Shown one piece after another: positions 19,946 through 30,416 of a stretch of 64,000 nt of DNA. The notes beneath the pieces are model-generated. The model was given only the letters and a program-made list of their open reading frames with translations. It was not told the DNA's origin and searched no databases. Within the stretch, counting starts at the first letter, position 1. Every line of letters starts with the position of its first letter. The stretch lies in the NCBI RefSeq assembly GCF_905200055.1, contig NZ_CAJKIS010000005.1, positions 12,192 through 76,191 of the forward strand, written 5' to 3'. Source of the stretch: an uncultured Fusobacterium sp. (GTDB lineage: Bacteria; Fusobacteriota; Fusobacteriia; Fusobacteriales; Fusobacteriaceae). The translations under genes were made by a program, and so were the position numbers.

Positions 19946-20631
19946 TATTCTTCACCTCTTAAATTATAAAACTCTAGTATTCTATTTATTAAATTTTCCT
20001 TATTAAGTTTTGAAATTGTTCTGTTACTTAAATTTAGTTCTTGATATTCTTTCAGCAATTTTCTTAGTTCTGAAATTTTTAATATATTTAATTCAGAAAT
20101 TATTTCCTCTTTTTTATTCTCCCTTAAATATTCCTCAATATCTTTTCTAGTAAACTTTTTTTCTTCGATTGCTATTTCTATCTTTTCCTCTTCAACAATT
20201 TCCAGATTTTCTACTTGAGAATCAGCTTCTAAACTATCACTAAATATTTCATCTTCACTTTCTGTTTCTTCAATTTTTTCAACAACTATCTCTTTTTCTA
20301 AGATCTGTTCTTTAACTTCTACATCAGTTATATTTTCTTTTATCTCTTCTTTTTTTTGTCCAAATTCCATTATAGCTTTTAAATCTTCATGTGGTCTCGG
20401 GATAATATGTTCAGAAATTAAGAACTCCTCACCTAAAGTTTTTACTGCTGCAACACCTGCATCTACAGCTGCTCTAACTGCTCCCACATCTCCATTTACT
20501 ATTATTGTAACTAGTCCTCCACCAACATAAACTTTTTCTAAAATTTGAACATTTGCTGATTTTGTCATAGAATCTGCACTTTCAATAGCAGCTAACAATC
20601 CTTTTGTTTCAATCATTCCTATTGCCTGCAT
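19945..20631 (-). CDS. BMC-H shell protein with long acidic/basic C-terminal extension
   Basis: N-terminal BMC domain ([28 protein letters not shown]) followed by a ~130-aa E/K-rich tail. Confidence 0.8.
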   Translation of the reverse strand: MQAIGMIETKGLLAAIESADSMTKSANVQILEKVYVGGGLVTIIVNGDVGAVRAAVDAGVAAVKTLGEEFLISEHIIPRPHEDLKAIMEFGQKKEEIKENITDVEVKEQILEKEIVVEKIEETESEDEIFSDSLEADSQVENLEIVEEEKIEIAIEEKKFTRKDIEEYLRENKKEEIISELNILKISELRKLLKEYQELNLSNRTISKLNKENLINRILEFYNLRGEE

Positions 20632-20634
20632 CTA

Positions 20635-21300
20635 CTATTTCCCCTCCAAAATCAAATTTTCTCTAGTCCATGTAATTTTTTCAGAGATGGAAAAAAACTT
20701 AGCTCTCTCTTCTATATGAAAATTAATAGCTTTTACTGTTGAAGGAATATAAATAATATCTCCCTCTTTTCCTTCATAAGTTCTTTTATCTATTTCAAAG
20801 GAAACTTTTCCATCAGTGATATAAAGAATCTCTTCTGAGGCTATCTTCTTTAAAAAATTAGAGTTTTCTATCTCTAAAATAGTTGCTCTTTTCTCTTTAT
20901 CTTGTAAAACTTCTTGATATGAAATATTTACATTTTCATCTTTTATATGGTTAAAAGTCATATTTTTCCCTTTTATAAGAGTAAAACCTGACAAATCTTT
21001 TTCTTGATCAAAATTTTTCTTAGTCAATAAGCTCATTATTAAATCACGATATGTCTCTTCTTTAGCTAATAGTTTAAAAAAGTCTATAACCTTCTCCATA
21101 TCTATATCTTTAAATTCTCTTTTAGTGTCAGCAAATTTTTCTTTTAAAACTATTTCCATGTTATTATTTGCTATAATATCTTTAGCTGAAGGTGTTAAAA
21201 TAGTTTTAGAAGTTATATAAACTTTTTTTTCGCCTTTTTCCAAGATCTCTTCAATTTGGCTGGCACATATTAACTCTTTCATCTTTTCACACCCTTTCAC
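20635..21300 (-). CDS. EutQ-like cupin-domain protein
   Basis: 221 aa. C-terminal cupin-like GDIIYIPSTVKAINFHIEE. The position between the shell gene and EutN matches the EutQ context in GRM/eut loci. Confidence 0.5.
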   Translation of the reverse strand: MKGCEKMKELICASQIEEILEKGEKKVYITSKTILTPSAKDIIANNNMEIVLKEKFADTKREFKDIDMEKVIDFFKLLAKEETYRDLIMSLLTKKNFDQEKDLSGFTLIKGKNMTFNHIKDENVNISYQEVLQDKEKRATILEIENSNFLKKIASEEILYITDGKVSFEIDKRTYEGKEGDIIYIPSTVKAINFHIEERAKFFSISEKITWTRENLILEGK

Positions 21301-21302
21301 TA

Positions 21303-21572
21303 TTAATCAAGAATACAATCTGCATCTATTATTCCAACTACCACAGCATCTGCTGGAATCCTTTCATCATTAAACATCTCTCTTGCTGATGATCCTATCG
21401 AGATAATAACTCTATCTCCTATTCCAGCACCTATAATATCTGCAGCTATTATTCTTTTTCCTGTTCTTGATTCATCTCCAGTTAGTTCTTCAACTAATAA
21501 GAATTTTAAACCATTTAATTTTTCAGCTTTTCTTGTAGCCCAAACATTTGAAATTACCTTTGCAAGTATCAT
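21303..21572 (-). CDS. eutN: BMC vertex protein, BMC-P (EutN/PduN/CcmL family)
   Basis: 89 aa. MILAKVISNVWATRKAEKLNGLKFLLVEE is the typical EutN N-terminus. Confidence 0.9.
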   Translation of the reverse strand: MILAKVISNVWATRKAEKLNGLKFLLVEELTGDESRTGKRIIAADIIGAGIGDRVIISIGSSAREMFNDERIPADAVVVGIIDADCILD

Positions 21573-21582
21573 TTTTCCTCCC

Positions 21583-22428
21583 TTAATCTAAAATATTAGA
21601 AGTACAACTTAATGCTATTCCCAATGGTGTTACAAACATAGGGTTTTTAGGCTTATATGTATGGACTTTTGTATATTTTTCTATAATTTCTTCTATCCCT
21701 GTTAAACAGGCTGTTCCCCCAACTAAAGAGATACTATCAACATCATAACCATCTATATGATCCGCTATAATTGATGCGACTTTCTCTATAACAGGTTTTA
21801 ATACTGGTAATAACTCCTTATGATTCTTAGGATCTCTCTTATATTTATCTGCTTCTTCAAAATTCTTTCTATACATTCCAGAAATTACTAATGAAAAATG
21901 TGTTCCTCCAGTAGCTTCATCTGCAACTGCTATCACTTCTCCATTTTTTATTATAGAAGTTCCTGTAGTTCCTCCACCTATATCAACTACTGCACCATTT
22001 TGTAATTTTAAAACTTCATTAGCAGCTGTTGGCTCATCTAAAATATTTGTAAGTTCAAATCCTGCAGCTTGAACAACATTCTTTACAGCTCCTCCATCTA
22101 AACTATCTGTTCCTGGTGGAAGGGCTACTGCTGCATAAATTAATTCTGTTTGAAGTTTTTTCTCTAACTCCTCTTTCATCTCTCTAACTAATTTTATTGC
22201 ACCGATGTAATCAACTACCATTCCATCTTTGACAACATCTGCATATTTATATGCTCCTGCTACAGGTTTATAATTTTCATCTAGAACAGCTAAAACAACA
22301 CAAGCAGTTCCTAAATCAACTCCTGTATAATATACTGATGATTTTCTTAATATTGGTTTCTTTATAACTTTTTCAAACTCCTCTACTAATTCATCACAGT
22401 ATCTATAATCTATTTGTTTTTCTGACAC
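21583..22428 (-). CDS. eutJ: EutJ-like actin/Hsp70-fold ATPase
   Basis: 281 aa. Motifs GVDLGTACVVLAVLD and DIGGGTTGTSI. Confidence 0.85.
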   Translation of the reverse strand: MSEKQIDYRYCDELVEEFEKVIKKPILRKSSVYYTGVDLGTACVVLAVLDENYKPVAGAYKYADVVKDGMVVDYIGAIKLVREMKEELEKKLQTELIYAAVALPPGTDSLDGGAVKNVVQAAGFELTNILDEPTAANEVLKLQNGAVVDIGGGTTGTSIIKNGEVIAVADEATGGTHFSLVISGMYRKNFEEADKYKRDPKNHKELLPVLKPVIEKVASIIADHIDGYDVDSISLVGGTACLTGIEEIIEKYTKVHTYKPKNPMFVTPLGIALSCTSNILD

Positions 22429-23075
22429 TGTTCTCCTCCTAATAATTCAACTACTATATTAAAGATCTTGCTCTTCACATATTTTAAATTTTGAAGAAAG
22501 ATTTTCATATCATCATCAATTTCACTCTCTAAAATCTCTTCTTCTAAAAAGCTCATTTCATATAAAATAGAGTGTAACTTAAATATTCCCACTGCATTTT
22601 TATTGTGAATATAGATATCATGTATCTCTACATCTTCCAACATTATATTTTCTATTTTTTCTTCCTTTAAACTATTTTTCTTATTTAAACTTCTAAAGCT
22701 TCTAGCAACTTCTAAAAGTTTTTGAGCTAAAGGCATATTTTTTTCTAAATTCTCAGATACTAAAGAAAAAAGTTGTGATTCAAAAGATTTGATTTTATAG
22801 ACATATTTGCTTTTTTTCAAGTTAATTTTTTCTTCTACTTTTATAATATTGATATTTTTATTAAATTTAACTTGTTCCTTCTTTGGTTCTTTAACTTTCT
22901 CTATCTCTTTTTTTATCTCTTCTTTTTCCTCTTTATTTTCTACTTTTATTCTTTTATCTACTAAAAATTGTCGCCCTCCTGGAGTTAATCTTTGCTCCTT
23001 TTCTAATTTAAAAATTTCAAAGGGCGTTTTTTTATATATTTCTCTTAAATATTGTTCGGTAATAAATTTAAGCAT
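22410..23075 (-). CDS. Hypothetical K/E-rich protein conserved in the BMC operon
   Basis: 221 aa with no recognisable catalytic motif. Overlaps eutJ by 19 nt and sits directly downstream of the activase. Confidence 0.4.
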   Translation of the reverse strand: MLKFITEQYLREIYKKTPFEIFKLEKEQRLTPGGRQFLVDKRIKVENKEEKEEIKKEIEKVKEPKKEQVKFNKNINIIKVEEKINLKKSKYVYKIKSFESQLFSLVSENLEKNMPLAQKLLEVARSFRSLNKKNSLKEEKIENIMLEDVEIHDIYIHNKNAVGIFKLHSILYEMSFLEEEILESEIDDDMKIFLQNLKYVKSKIFNIVVELLGGEQCQKNK

Positions 23076-23113
23076 TATTTTTCACCTACCATGCTCTTTT
23101 ACCTAAAAAATTT

Positions 23114-24064
23114 TTAATGTCTTATAACTTTTACAGACATACCACTATTTTTTATGTACCCTTCTATTCTTTCTAAATCTTCAGATGACAAGCTTGGGTC
23201 CTCTTTTATAGCATATTCCATTCCTAACTGGTTATATTTATTAACTCCCATCTTATGATAAGGTAATAAATCTACACCTTTTAAGTTTTTATAATTTTTA
23301 TACGGTAACAAAAGCTCAACTAATTTTTCTATATCTTCTTTGCTATCGTTTACTCCTTTTAATAAAGGAAGTCTTATATGAACATTATATTTATTCTCTA
23401 ATAAATACTTTAGATTTTTTATAATCTGTTCATTTCTTACTCCAGTCCAATAAAAATGCTTTTCAGAATCTATCTGTTTTAAGTCAAAAAGAAACAGATC
23501 TACAAATTCAGCAACTTTTTCTATAACACTGCTTGAGGTATATCCACAAGTTTCAATAGCTGTATTGATTCCTTCATTCTTACATGCCATTAATAAACTT
23601 AGTGCTGCTTCTGGTTGCATTAAAACTTCTCCACCTCCAAGAGTAACTCCCCCTCCTGAAGTCTCGTAAAAAGGTCTATCCTCTTCTACTATTTTTAAGA
23701 TTTCTGAAATGCTTTTTTGTTCCCCAACTATACTAATAGCTGAATTATAACAAGCCTCTTCACATTTTCTACAACCTATACAATCTGTAGTCCTGTCTAT
23801 AAGATGAGTGCCATCTGCACTCATCTTATGTACTCCTACAGGACAAACATTTACACAAGCACCACAGTCTTGACATAGATTCTTTTTAAAAAGCACTCTA
23901 CTTTTTTTCATTAATCCTTCAGGATTTGCACACCATTTACATCTCAATGGACACCCTTGGAAAAAAACTAATGTTCTTACTCCCGGTCCATCATACATGT
24001 TATATTTTTGTATATTAAATATAGTGGCTTTCCTTTCTATAAGACTATTCTGCTCTTTATTCAT
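23114..24064 (-). CDS. cutD: Glycyl-radical enzyme activating enzyme (radical SAM, CutD/PflA family) with extra ferredoxin-like clusters
   Basis: 316 aa. CPLRCKWCANPE radical-SAM motif plus CQDCGACVNVCP...CIGCRKCEEAC auxiliary cluster motifs. Confidence 0.85.
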   Translation of the reverse strand: MNKEQNSLIERKATIFNIQKYNMYDGPGVRTLVFFQGCPLRCKWCANPEGLMKKSRVLFKKNLCQDCGACVNVCPVGVHKMSADGTHLIDRTTDCIGCRKCEEACYNSAISIVGEQKSISEILKIVEEDRPFYETSGGGVTLGGGEVLMQPEAALSLLMACKNEGINTAIETCGYTSSSVIEKVAEFVDLFLFDLKQIDSEKHFYWTGVRNEQIIKNLKYLLENKYNVHIRLPLLKGVNDSKEDIEKLVELLLPYKNYKNLKGVDLLPYHKMGVNKYNQLGMEYAIKEDPSLSSEDLERIEGYIKNSGMSVKVIRH

Positions 24065-24082
24065 ATCATTTTCTCCATATTT

Positions 24083-26620
24083 TTAAAAATGTGTTAATAC
24101 AGTTCTACTAATAATCTCATCTTGTACATCTTTACATAGTTCAACAAAGTATGCACTATATCCTGCAACACGTACTATTAGATCTCTATGAGCTTCTGGA
24201 TTAATTTGAGCATCTTTTAACACTTTATTATCTAAGTAGTTAAATTGCATCTCTCCAAGTTGTAACATACATGCTGTACGTAACAATGTGATTATTCCAT
24301 TTTCTCCCTCTGGAGTTTCTAGTAGTCCAGATATTAGTTTGAAGTTATGAACCATTCCAATATTCATATTATCACAAGACATTTTTGATACTGATTTAAT
24401 TATAGCTGTAGGTCCTTTTGTATCTGAACCTTGGCTTGGACTGATTCCATCTGATAATGGTGTCCATGCTTTACGTCCATTTGCTGTAGCTCCTGTTAAT
24501 TGTCCAAATGGAGTATTGTTAGAAATTGATAGTGTTCCATGACTTAACACAGAGTATAGTGTCTTATATTTTCTGTGTTCCATCTCTGTAAAGTTAATTA
24601 GATCAGTTGCTATATAGTCAGCATAGTCATCATCGTTTCCATATTTTGGAGCTTCTATACAATCTTTTCTAACTTTTTCATATCCTACAAAGTCAGCTTT
24701 AAGTGCATCTCTTATCTCTTTTAAAGTATATTTTTTATCATCAAATACTAATTTTTTAATTGCTGCCATTGAGTCAACATAAGTTGCTAGTCCACTCCAT
24801 ACAACTCCTGGTCCAAAGTTATACATAGCTCCACCAGCTTCTACTCCTCTACCTTTTTCCATACATCCTTCATACATTAATGACATTAAAGGTTTTGGTG
24901 CTACTTCTCTGTGAACTCTTTGAGATATTACAGTTGCTATACTTGTCCATTTTGTTATATATTTAATTTGTTCTTTTACTGCTGCATCAAATTCTTCATA
25001 AGTTTTAAATTGATCTAAATCTCCTAGATCTGGACAAACTTGTTTTCCATACCATAGAGGTACTCCATTATTTAACACAAGCTCTATACAAATAGGCCAT
25101 TGTGTATATCCTGTTGATGTCCATTGATATAATCTTCCAGCTTTTTGAGGTTCAACACATCCCATTAAGCAATAATCTCTTGCATCTTCTATAGATACAC
25201 CTTTTGCTAGCATCATTTTGATATGTACATCATCAAAGTGACAAGCTGGGAATCCTAATCCTGCTTTAATTACTTGAACAATTTTCTTTAAGTAAGCGTT
25301 TGGTGATCCTTTGTGAATACGACATGCTAATGATGGTTGGTATACTTTTACATGTCTTACAGCATCCATTAATAAGTATGTTAAATCATTTGTAGCATCT
25401 ACTCCTGATCTAGTAACTCCTCCTACACACATATTTACAAATGGTTGATATCCTGCGAAGAATTTAGATCCTCCTTCACTTGTGATCCACATAACTTCAG
25501 ACATTTTTATAAGCATACATCCTGCTAATTCAAATGCTTCAAATTTTGACATTCTTCCACTTTCAATATCAGCTTTAAAGAATGGATACATATATTGGTC
25601 AACACGTCCAATTGACATTCCTGTTTGGTTTTCTTCTACTACTAAAAGTGATTCTATTGTCCAAACTGCTTGAATTGCTTCCCAGAAAGTTGTAGGTTTA
25701 TGTGCTGGAACTCTTGCGTTAACTTCAGAAATTTTTAGTAGTTCAGCTTTTCTTTTTGGATTTGTTTCTTTTGCAGCTAATTCAGCAGCGTAATCTGATA
25801 GACGCTTAGCATATATCATTACCCCTTCAGCTGTATCTATTATTGATTTATAGAAATAGATCTTATCAATATCTTCTGGATTAGCATATGATAAAGTTTC
25901 TAATTTTTCTTCTGCTTCTCTTTTAATATCAAGCATTCCTTTTTTCATTAATATTACGTCATATCCTGGATTTGAGTCTCCTCCTCCATTAACTGCATGA
26001 TATGAACAATCTGAAACAAAAGATTCTCCTGATAATTCCCATACTCCAGCTTCTCTATATTGATCTTCACAATACTCATCTACTGATTTTCCTCTCCAGA
26101 ATGGGAAGATTTGCTCTCTTAAAACTTTTTTATCTTCTTCAGATATATAGAACGGATCTTGAGGTCTTTTTCCAATTGTATCTAATTCAGTTTCCATCCA
26201 TCTCCAAGCAATATCTGGAGAAAATGCTCCTGCTCTAGGTGCTCCATTAGGACATCCTACGATTAACTCATTATCTTGAATAACTAGAGGAGCTGTTTCA
26301 CAACAATGTTTAAAACTTTTTCCTCTTAAAATAGCTTTTGGCATTCCTGGATTTTCTTGAGCTATTTTAGTGATAACTTTTGCTCTGTGTATTGTTATTG
26401 ATGGAACTTGTTTAAGATAATTTTCTCTTAATCTTTTTAATCTTTCAGTTATTCCTTCTGGAACTTCTGTTTCACAATGGTCTGAACAACAATGGTGTCC
26501 AGCTTCTTTTCTTATTTCATTAGAAACTCCTTGAAACATCTTTAATAAAGCTTCACGTTCTTCATTAGACATATTTTCTGTAGCTTCCATAAATTTATTT
26601 AAAAATTCACGAATTTCCAT
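24083..26620 (-). CDS. cutC: Glycyl radical enzyme, choline trimethylamine-lyase (CutC)-like
   Basis: 845 aa. Glycyl radical motif RVAGY (Gly820). Cys loop GCVEP (C488/E490). T501, Y505, F394, Y207 and D215 are all at CutC-numbering minus 1. Carries the ~50-aa N-terminal extension typical of CutC. Confidence 0.7.
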   Translation of the reverse strand: MEIREFLNKFMEATENMSNEEREALLKMFQGVSNEIRKEAGHHCCSDHCETEVPEGITERLKRLRENYLKQVPSITIHRAKVITKIAQENPGMPKAILRGKSFKHCCETAPLVIQDNELIVGCPNGAPRAGAFSPDIAWRWMETELDTIGKRPQDPFYISEEDKKVLREQIFPFWRGKSVDEYCEDQYREAGVWELSGESFVSDCSYHAVNGGGDSNPGYDVILMKKGMLDIKREAEEKLETLSYANPEDIDKIYFYKSIIDTAEGVMIYAKRLSDYAAELAAKETNPKRKAELLKISEVNARVPAHKPTTFWEAIQAVWTIESLLVVEENQTGMSIGRVDQYMYPFFKADIESGRMSKFEAFELAGCMLIKMSEVMWITSEGGSKFFAGYQPFVNMCVGGVTRSGVDATNDLTYLLMDAVRHVKVYQPSLACRIHKGSPNAYLKKIVQVIKAGLGFPACHFDDVHIKMMLAKGVSIEDARDYCLMGCVEPQKAGRLYQWTSTGYTQWPICIELVLNNGVPLWYGKQVCPDLGDLDQFKTYEEFDAAVKEQIKYITKWTSIATVISQRVHREVAPKPLMSLMYEGCMEKGRGVEAGGAMYNFGPGVVWSGLATYVDSMAAIKKLVFDDKKYTLKEIRDALKADFVGYEKVRKDCIEAPKYGNDDDYADYIATDLINFTEMEHRKYKTLYSVLSHGTLSISNNTPFGQLTGATANGRKAWTPLSDGISPSQGSDTKGPTAIIKSVSKMSCDNMNIGMVHNFKLISGLLETPEGENGIITLLRTACMLQLGEMQFNYLDNKVLKDAQINPEAHRDLIVRVAGYSAYFVELCKDVQDEIISRTVLTHF

Positions 26621-26633
26621 TTCTTCCTCTCCT

Positions 26634-28058
26634 TTACTTTAGTATTGTTTTTATAATCTCTTTAAGTTTTTCTTCTAAATTTTTATTTTTTAAAATCTCT
26701 TCTACTTTTCTTACTCCGTATCCAACTTTTCTAATATAGATTAGATTTCTAGGAGAAACATTACAAGAAGTTATTCCCTTTCCTATTACTCCACTTCCCA
26801 AAGTCATAGCTGGAAAAAGATTAGTTGTTATTCCTAAGCTACCAAAACTTCCTCCAGTATTTACTAAAACTCTTCCAACTGGTTTTTTCAATATAAATTG
26901 TTCTATTATATTTTCATCCTGAGAGTGTATTATTAATGTATGTCCTTGTTTATCACTTAATAAAAGTTCTATACATTTTTCACAAGCATTTTTCCAATCC
27001 TCTTCTACATAAAGATCAAGTACTGGACAAAGCTTTTCTTTAGAATATTCACTATCTAATGTTAAATATTTTTCATTAGTTATTAATAACTTCACATTTT
27101 TTTCTACTTTTATTCCAGCTTTCTCTGCTAAAAATTGTGAACTTTTTCCTATATAGTTTTTATTAAATTTTCCAAATTTATCAAAAATAATCTCTTTTAA
27201 TCTCTTAGATTCCTCTTCATTTAGGAAATAAGCATTATTTTTTATAAACTCTTTTTTTACCTCTTCCAAGATAACCTTTTCTACAACTATTATCTCTTCA
27301 CTTCCAGGAATAATACCATTATCAAAAGTTTTACTATCTACTATATTTTTTACTGCTTCTTTGATATCTGCTGTTCTTTCTATAAATACTGGACTATCTC
27401 CATTTCCACCATAGATATATGATTTCCCACTTGTTTTTATCTCATCTAAAAGTTCATCTATCCCAGTATTTAATATAAGATTTATATCTTTATGATTTAA
27501 CAGCTCTTTGCTTCCATTTAGTGAACATCTACTTATATAAGAGATAATACCTTGAGGTGCTCCTGATTTTTCTATAATATCTATAATTGTATCCATAACT
27601 TTTTTAGTAGTTTTTTTAGCTTTCTTAGACATTCCAAAAACTATTCCATTTCCTGATTTAATAGCTATTATACTCTTATAAATTAGAGTGGAAACTATAT
27701 TGGCTTCTGAACAAAAAGCTGCAATTACTCCTACAGGAACACCAACATCTAAAGTTTTATCTTCTTTATTATTTTCAATTACTCCTACACATCTCATATT
27801 TTTTAAAGCTTTTTCTAAATTATTTAAAAACAATTCTAGTTTTAATTTTTTATCTTCAACATTTCCTATCTCTGTTTCCTCATAATCTAGTTTTGCAAAC
27901 TCTTCAATATGATCTTTTATTTCTTTAAAAATATTATTTACAATGAAATCTAGTTGTTCTTGAGAGAAATTTTTTACTATTTTCTGTGCTTCTCTTGCAT
28001 TTTCAACTAATATTCTTGCCTCTTGCATAGAAAGTAAGTCGTTATCTATAATATCCAT
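26634..28058 (-). CDS. Aldehyde-dehydrogenase-fold paralogue lacking the catalytic cysteine (putative non-catalytic/scaffold BMC protein)
   Basis: 474 aa. Aligns to the 500-aa AldDH, but the catalytic-Cys motif TICASEQ is IIPGSEE here and the GGPGMV NAD-binding motif is GIDELL. The amphipathic C-terminus [14 protein letters not shown] is retained. Confidence 0.7.
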   Translation of the reverse strand: MDIIDNDLLSMQEARILVENAREAQKIVKNFSQEQLDFIVNNIFKEIKDHIEEFAKLDYEETEIGNVEDKKLKLELFLNNLEKALKNMRCVGVIENNKEDKTLDVGVPVGVIAAFCSEANIVSTLIYKSIIAIKSGNGIVFGMSKKAKKTTKKVMDTIIDIIEKSGAPQGIISYISRCSLNGSKELLNHKDINLILNTGIDELLDEIKTSGKSYIYGGNGDSPVFIERTADIKEAVKNIVDSKTFDNGIIPGSEEIIVVEKVILEEVKKEFIKNNAYFLNEEESKRLKEIIFDKFGKFNKNYIGKSSQFLAEKAGIKVEKNVKLLITNEKYLTLDSEYSKEKLCPVLDLYVEEDWKNACEKCIELLLSDKQGHTLIIHSQDENIIEQFILKKPVGRVLVNTGGSFGSLGITTNLFPAMTLGSGVIGKGITSCNVSPRNLIYIRKVGYGVRKVEEILKNKNLEEKLKEIIKTILK

Positions 28059-28080
28059 TTCTCTTCACCTTCATGTAAAA

Positions 28081-28404
28081 CTATAAATTTTCAATAGCAT
28101 ATCTATCTATTATCTTTTGTAAATCATTGTGTGGTCTAGCAATTACTACTGAACTATATAAATTTCCACCTTCCATATTATTTACAGCATATACTCCTGC
28201 ATCAACTGCTGCTTTACAAGCTCCTACATCTCCAGTTACAATTACAGATATATACCCTGATGCAACATTTTCATATCCAACTAGTTCAACATCTGCTGCT
28301 TTACACATAGCATCTGCTGCTTCTAGAGCAAATACCAGTCCAAATGTTTCTATTAATCCTATTGCTTCACGTCTTATCATATCCCTACTCCTTCTATTCT
28401 CCAT
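28081..28404 (-). CDS. BMC shell protein, BMC-H
   Basis: 107 aa. BMC domain IGLIETFGLVFALEAADAMCKAADV. Confidence 0.85.
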   Translation of the reverse strand: MENRRSRDMIRREAIGLIETFGLVFALEAADAMCKAADVELVGYENVASGYISVIVTGDVGACKAAVDAGVYAVNNMEGGNLYSSVVIARPHNDLQKIIDRYAIENL

Positions 28405-28693
28405 CTATATCATGAACTGAAACTATTTTTCCTACTTCACTAATAGGTCTTGGCATAACATTTTTTGCTGTAAGTGTACCAATTGCTTTTGCTGCTGCTG
28501 CTCCAGCTTCAACTGCTGCTGTTACTGCTGCCACATCACCTTTTATCATTATTGTTACCAATGTAGAACCTATATTTTCATAAGATACAAGTTCTACGTT
28601 TGCTGCTTTTAGCATCTTATCTGCTGCATCTAAAGCTGGAACTAATCCTATTGTTTCTACAAGCCCTAATGCTTCATTTCCATAATATTTCAT
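28394..28693 (-). CDS. BMC shell protein, BMC-H
   Basis: 99 aa. BMC domain LGLVETIGLVPALDAADKMLKAANV. Confidence 0.85.
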   Translation of the reverse strand: MKYYGNEALGLVETIGLVPALDAADKMLKAANVELVSYENIGSTLVTIMIKGDVAAVTAAVEAGAAAAKAIGTLTAKNVMPRPISEVGKIVSVHDIDGE

Positions 28694-28709
28694 TTTATCC
28701 TCCTTCTTT

Positions 28710-28976
28710 TTAGTCCTTTATAAAGCTATTTATTGTTTTTTTACTTTCTTCACTTGCTTGATAATAGATAATTAATTCCCCATCATCACTTAAATCTGCT
28801 GCTACCTCTTCTATTAATCCGTTTGCTTCTGCTGTTAAAAGAGCATCTTTTATATCTTTTTTATTAAATGCTTTAAAAGATGAATATTCATTTTTTAATG
28901 CTTCCATCACATCATTTGCTGATGCTTTAGAAACTTTTGTAAAATATTTTAATATAGCATAATTTAATGGTTTCAT
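28710..28976 (-). CDS. Small (88 aa) protein of unknown function, translationally coupled to the upstream permease
   Basis: Start trimmed to MKPLNYAILKYF, preceded by AGGAGG. Its ATG overlaps the TAA of the permease (TAATG). The longer ORF-track version overlaps the permease and is probably wrong. Confidence 0.5.
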   Translation of the reverse strand: MKPLNYAILKYFTKVSKASANDVMEALKNEYSSFKAFNKKDIKDALLTAEANGLIEEVAADLSDDGELIIYYQASEESKKTINSFIKD

Positions 28977-30070
28977 TAATTTTCCTCCTTTTTCTTGAAA
29001 AAATCTAATGGATTTACAGCAATTAATAATATTCCAAAGATCATAACTACTGCTCCTATCCAAGCAACTGTTGGTAAGTTCCAACCATCAATTCCTGAAA
29101 TAACTCCTAAAAATAACCAACAGAAGAAAGGACTAAAGAATGAATAAGTTCCATTACATGCTGTTCCAAGTCCTGCTCCACACATACTGTTTCCTTTATA
29201 CCAAGTCATAAATGAAACAAATGTTGACAATCCACTTAATGCAAACCAGATCATTGCTGGCATACTTGTTAATGCTTGGATAGTTAAAGAAGTTGAAATA
29301 TCAATTCCTCCTGCCATTACTCCAATTGCTGGTACAACTATGAAAAGGTTTACTATTCCACAAGTCAATTGTCTTACACAAATTCCAATTTGAGTGTCAA
29401 CCATTGCTGAAGCATATCCAGCTACACAACCTTCAAATCCCCAACCAAATGCTGCTATAATTGCAATAACAAGACCTAATAGAAGTTCTGTTGAGAAGTT
29501 CTCTCCCATTCCTGTACTACCAATCATGAAACTAGCAAAAACACAAATTCCGATTCCTAAAGCCATTCTTTTATTTATCTCTTGTTTATAAAAGATTTTT
29601 CCTAAAATAGCTGCTATTGCAGGACATAATGCTGAAATTGGAACTATTATTGATCCTGCCATTTGTAGTGCCACAACAAATGCTGTTCCTGCTATTGGTC
29701 CTCCTATTAATGCTGCAAGCATAATTTGTTTACCAGGTTTTGTATTTAGTGTTCTTAGAAAATCTTGAAATTTTCCTTGATATATTGAGTTTAATATCGC
29801 CCAAAATGAACTTGAAATATCATTTATTGCATTTCCTAAAGCTGCTAGAAGATAAACTATTACAAATGCTGAAAGTCCTGCTGTGTTTTCTCCATACCAG
29901 TCTGACCATACTCCTTTTGTCATTCCCAATGTTAAGCATGCTGTATAAATACCATATGTTATTCCAGAAAATAACGCTATTTGTATTCCCTTCTTTAAAA
30001 ATTTATTCTTAACTTCAGCCTTCAATTTAAGAATTTTTATTTCTTTTTCCGTTAATTCACTGTTGATCAT
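28976..30070 (-). CDS. Polytopic (about 10 TM) permease of unrecognised family, first gene of the BMC operon (candidate substrate transporter)
   Basis: 364 aa, strongly hydrophobic with Gly-rich helices (GGPIAGTAFVVAL, CGAGLGTACNG). Does not resemble BCCT or EutH sequences I know. Confidence 0.5.
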   Translation of the reverse strand: MINSELTEKEIKILKLKAEVKNKFLKKGIQIALFSGITYGIYTACLTLGMTKGVWSDWYGENTAGLSAFVIVYLLAALGNAINDISSSFWAILNSIYQGKFQDFLRTLNTKPGKQIMLAALIGGPIAGTAFVVALQMAGSIIVPISALCPAIAAILGKIFYKQEINKRMALGIGICVFASFMIGSTGMGENFSTELLLGLVIAIIAAFGWGFEGCVAGYASAMVDTQIGICVRQLTCGIVNLFIVVPAIGVMAGGIDISTSLTIQALTSMPAMIWFALSGLSTFVSFMTWYKGNSMCGAGLGTACNGTYSFFSPFFCWLFLGVISGIDGWNLPTVAWIGAVVMIFGILLIAVNPLDFFKKKEEN

Positions 30071-30332
30071 CTAACTCCTCCTAAAAAATATTAATATTAT
30101 TTTTAAATTATTCTAATTTAGACTAAAAGGTTGGCTTAAATCTTTTTCAAATTTATTATAGACCTTCCATTTAAGGTTAAAGTCAAATATTTTTTCATTT
30201 TTTATGATAGTTCTTTTATAGAACGTTAACTTCTAAAATTATTCTTTTATTTCTTTTTCAAAATTAATTAAAGTGTCATTTTGGTAAATTAATGTCTGAT
30301 TTTTATTTTTGTATATATTTTTAGTCAAAATT

Positions 30333-30404
30333 AAAACCTTCCATATAGGTGGAAGGTTTTGATTTTATATAATAAAAAAGACCTTAATACTTTTACTAAG
30401 GTCT
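30333..30404 (-). terminator. Two tandem palindromic terminators downstream of the merR-type gene
   Basis: AAAACCTTCCATATAGGTGGAAGGTTTT at 30333-30360 and AGACCTTAATACTTTTACTAAGGTCT at 30379-30404, both flanked by A/T runs. Confidence 0.55.
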
Positions 30405-30416
30405 TTTTATACTAAA

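Noticed and set aside
28710-29084. 124-aa version of the small ORF overlapping the permease 3' end by 109 bp
   Set aside because: The internal ATG at 28974-28976 has a consensus AGGAGG RBS and abuts the permease stop. The start was trimmed to give an 88-aa protein.
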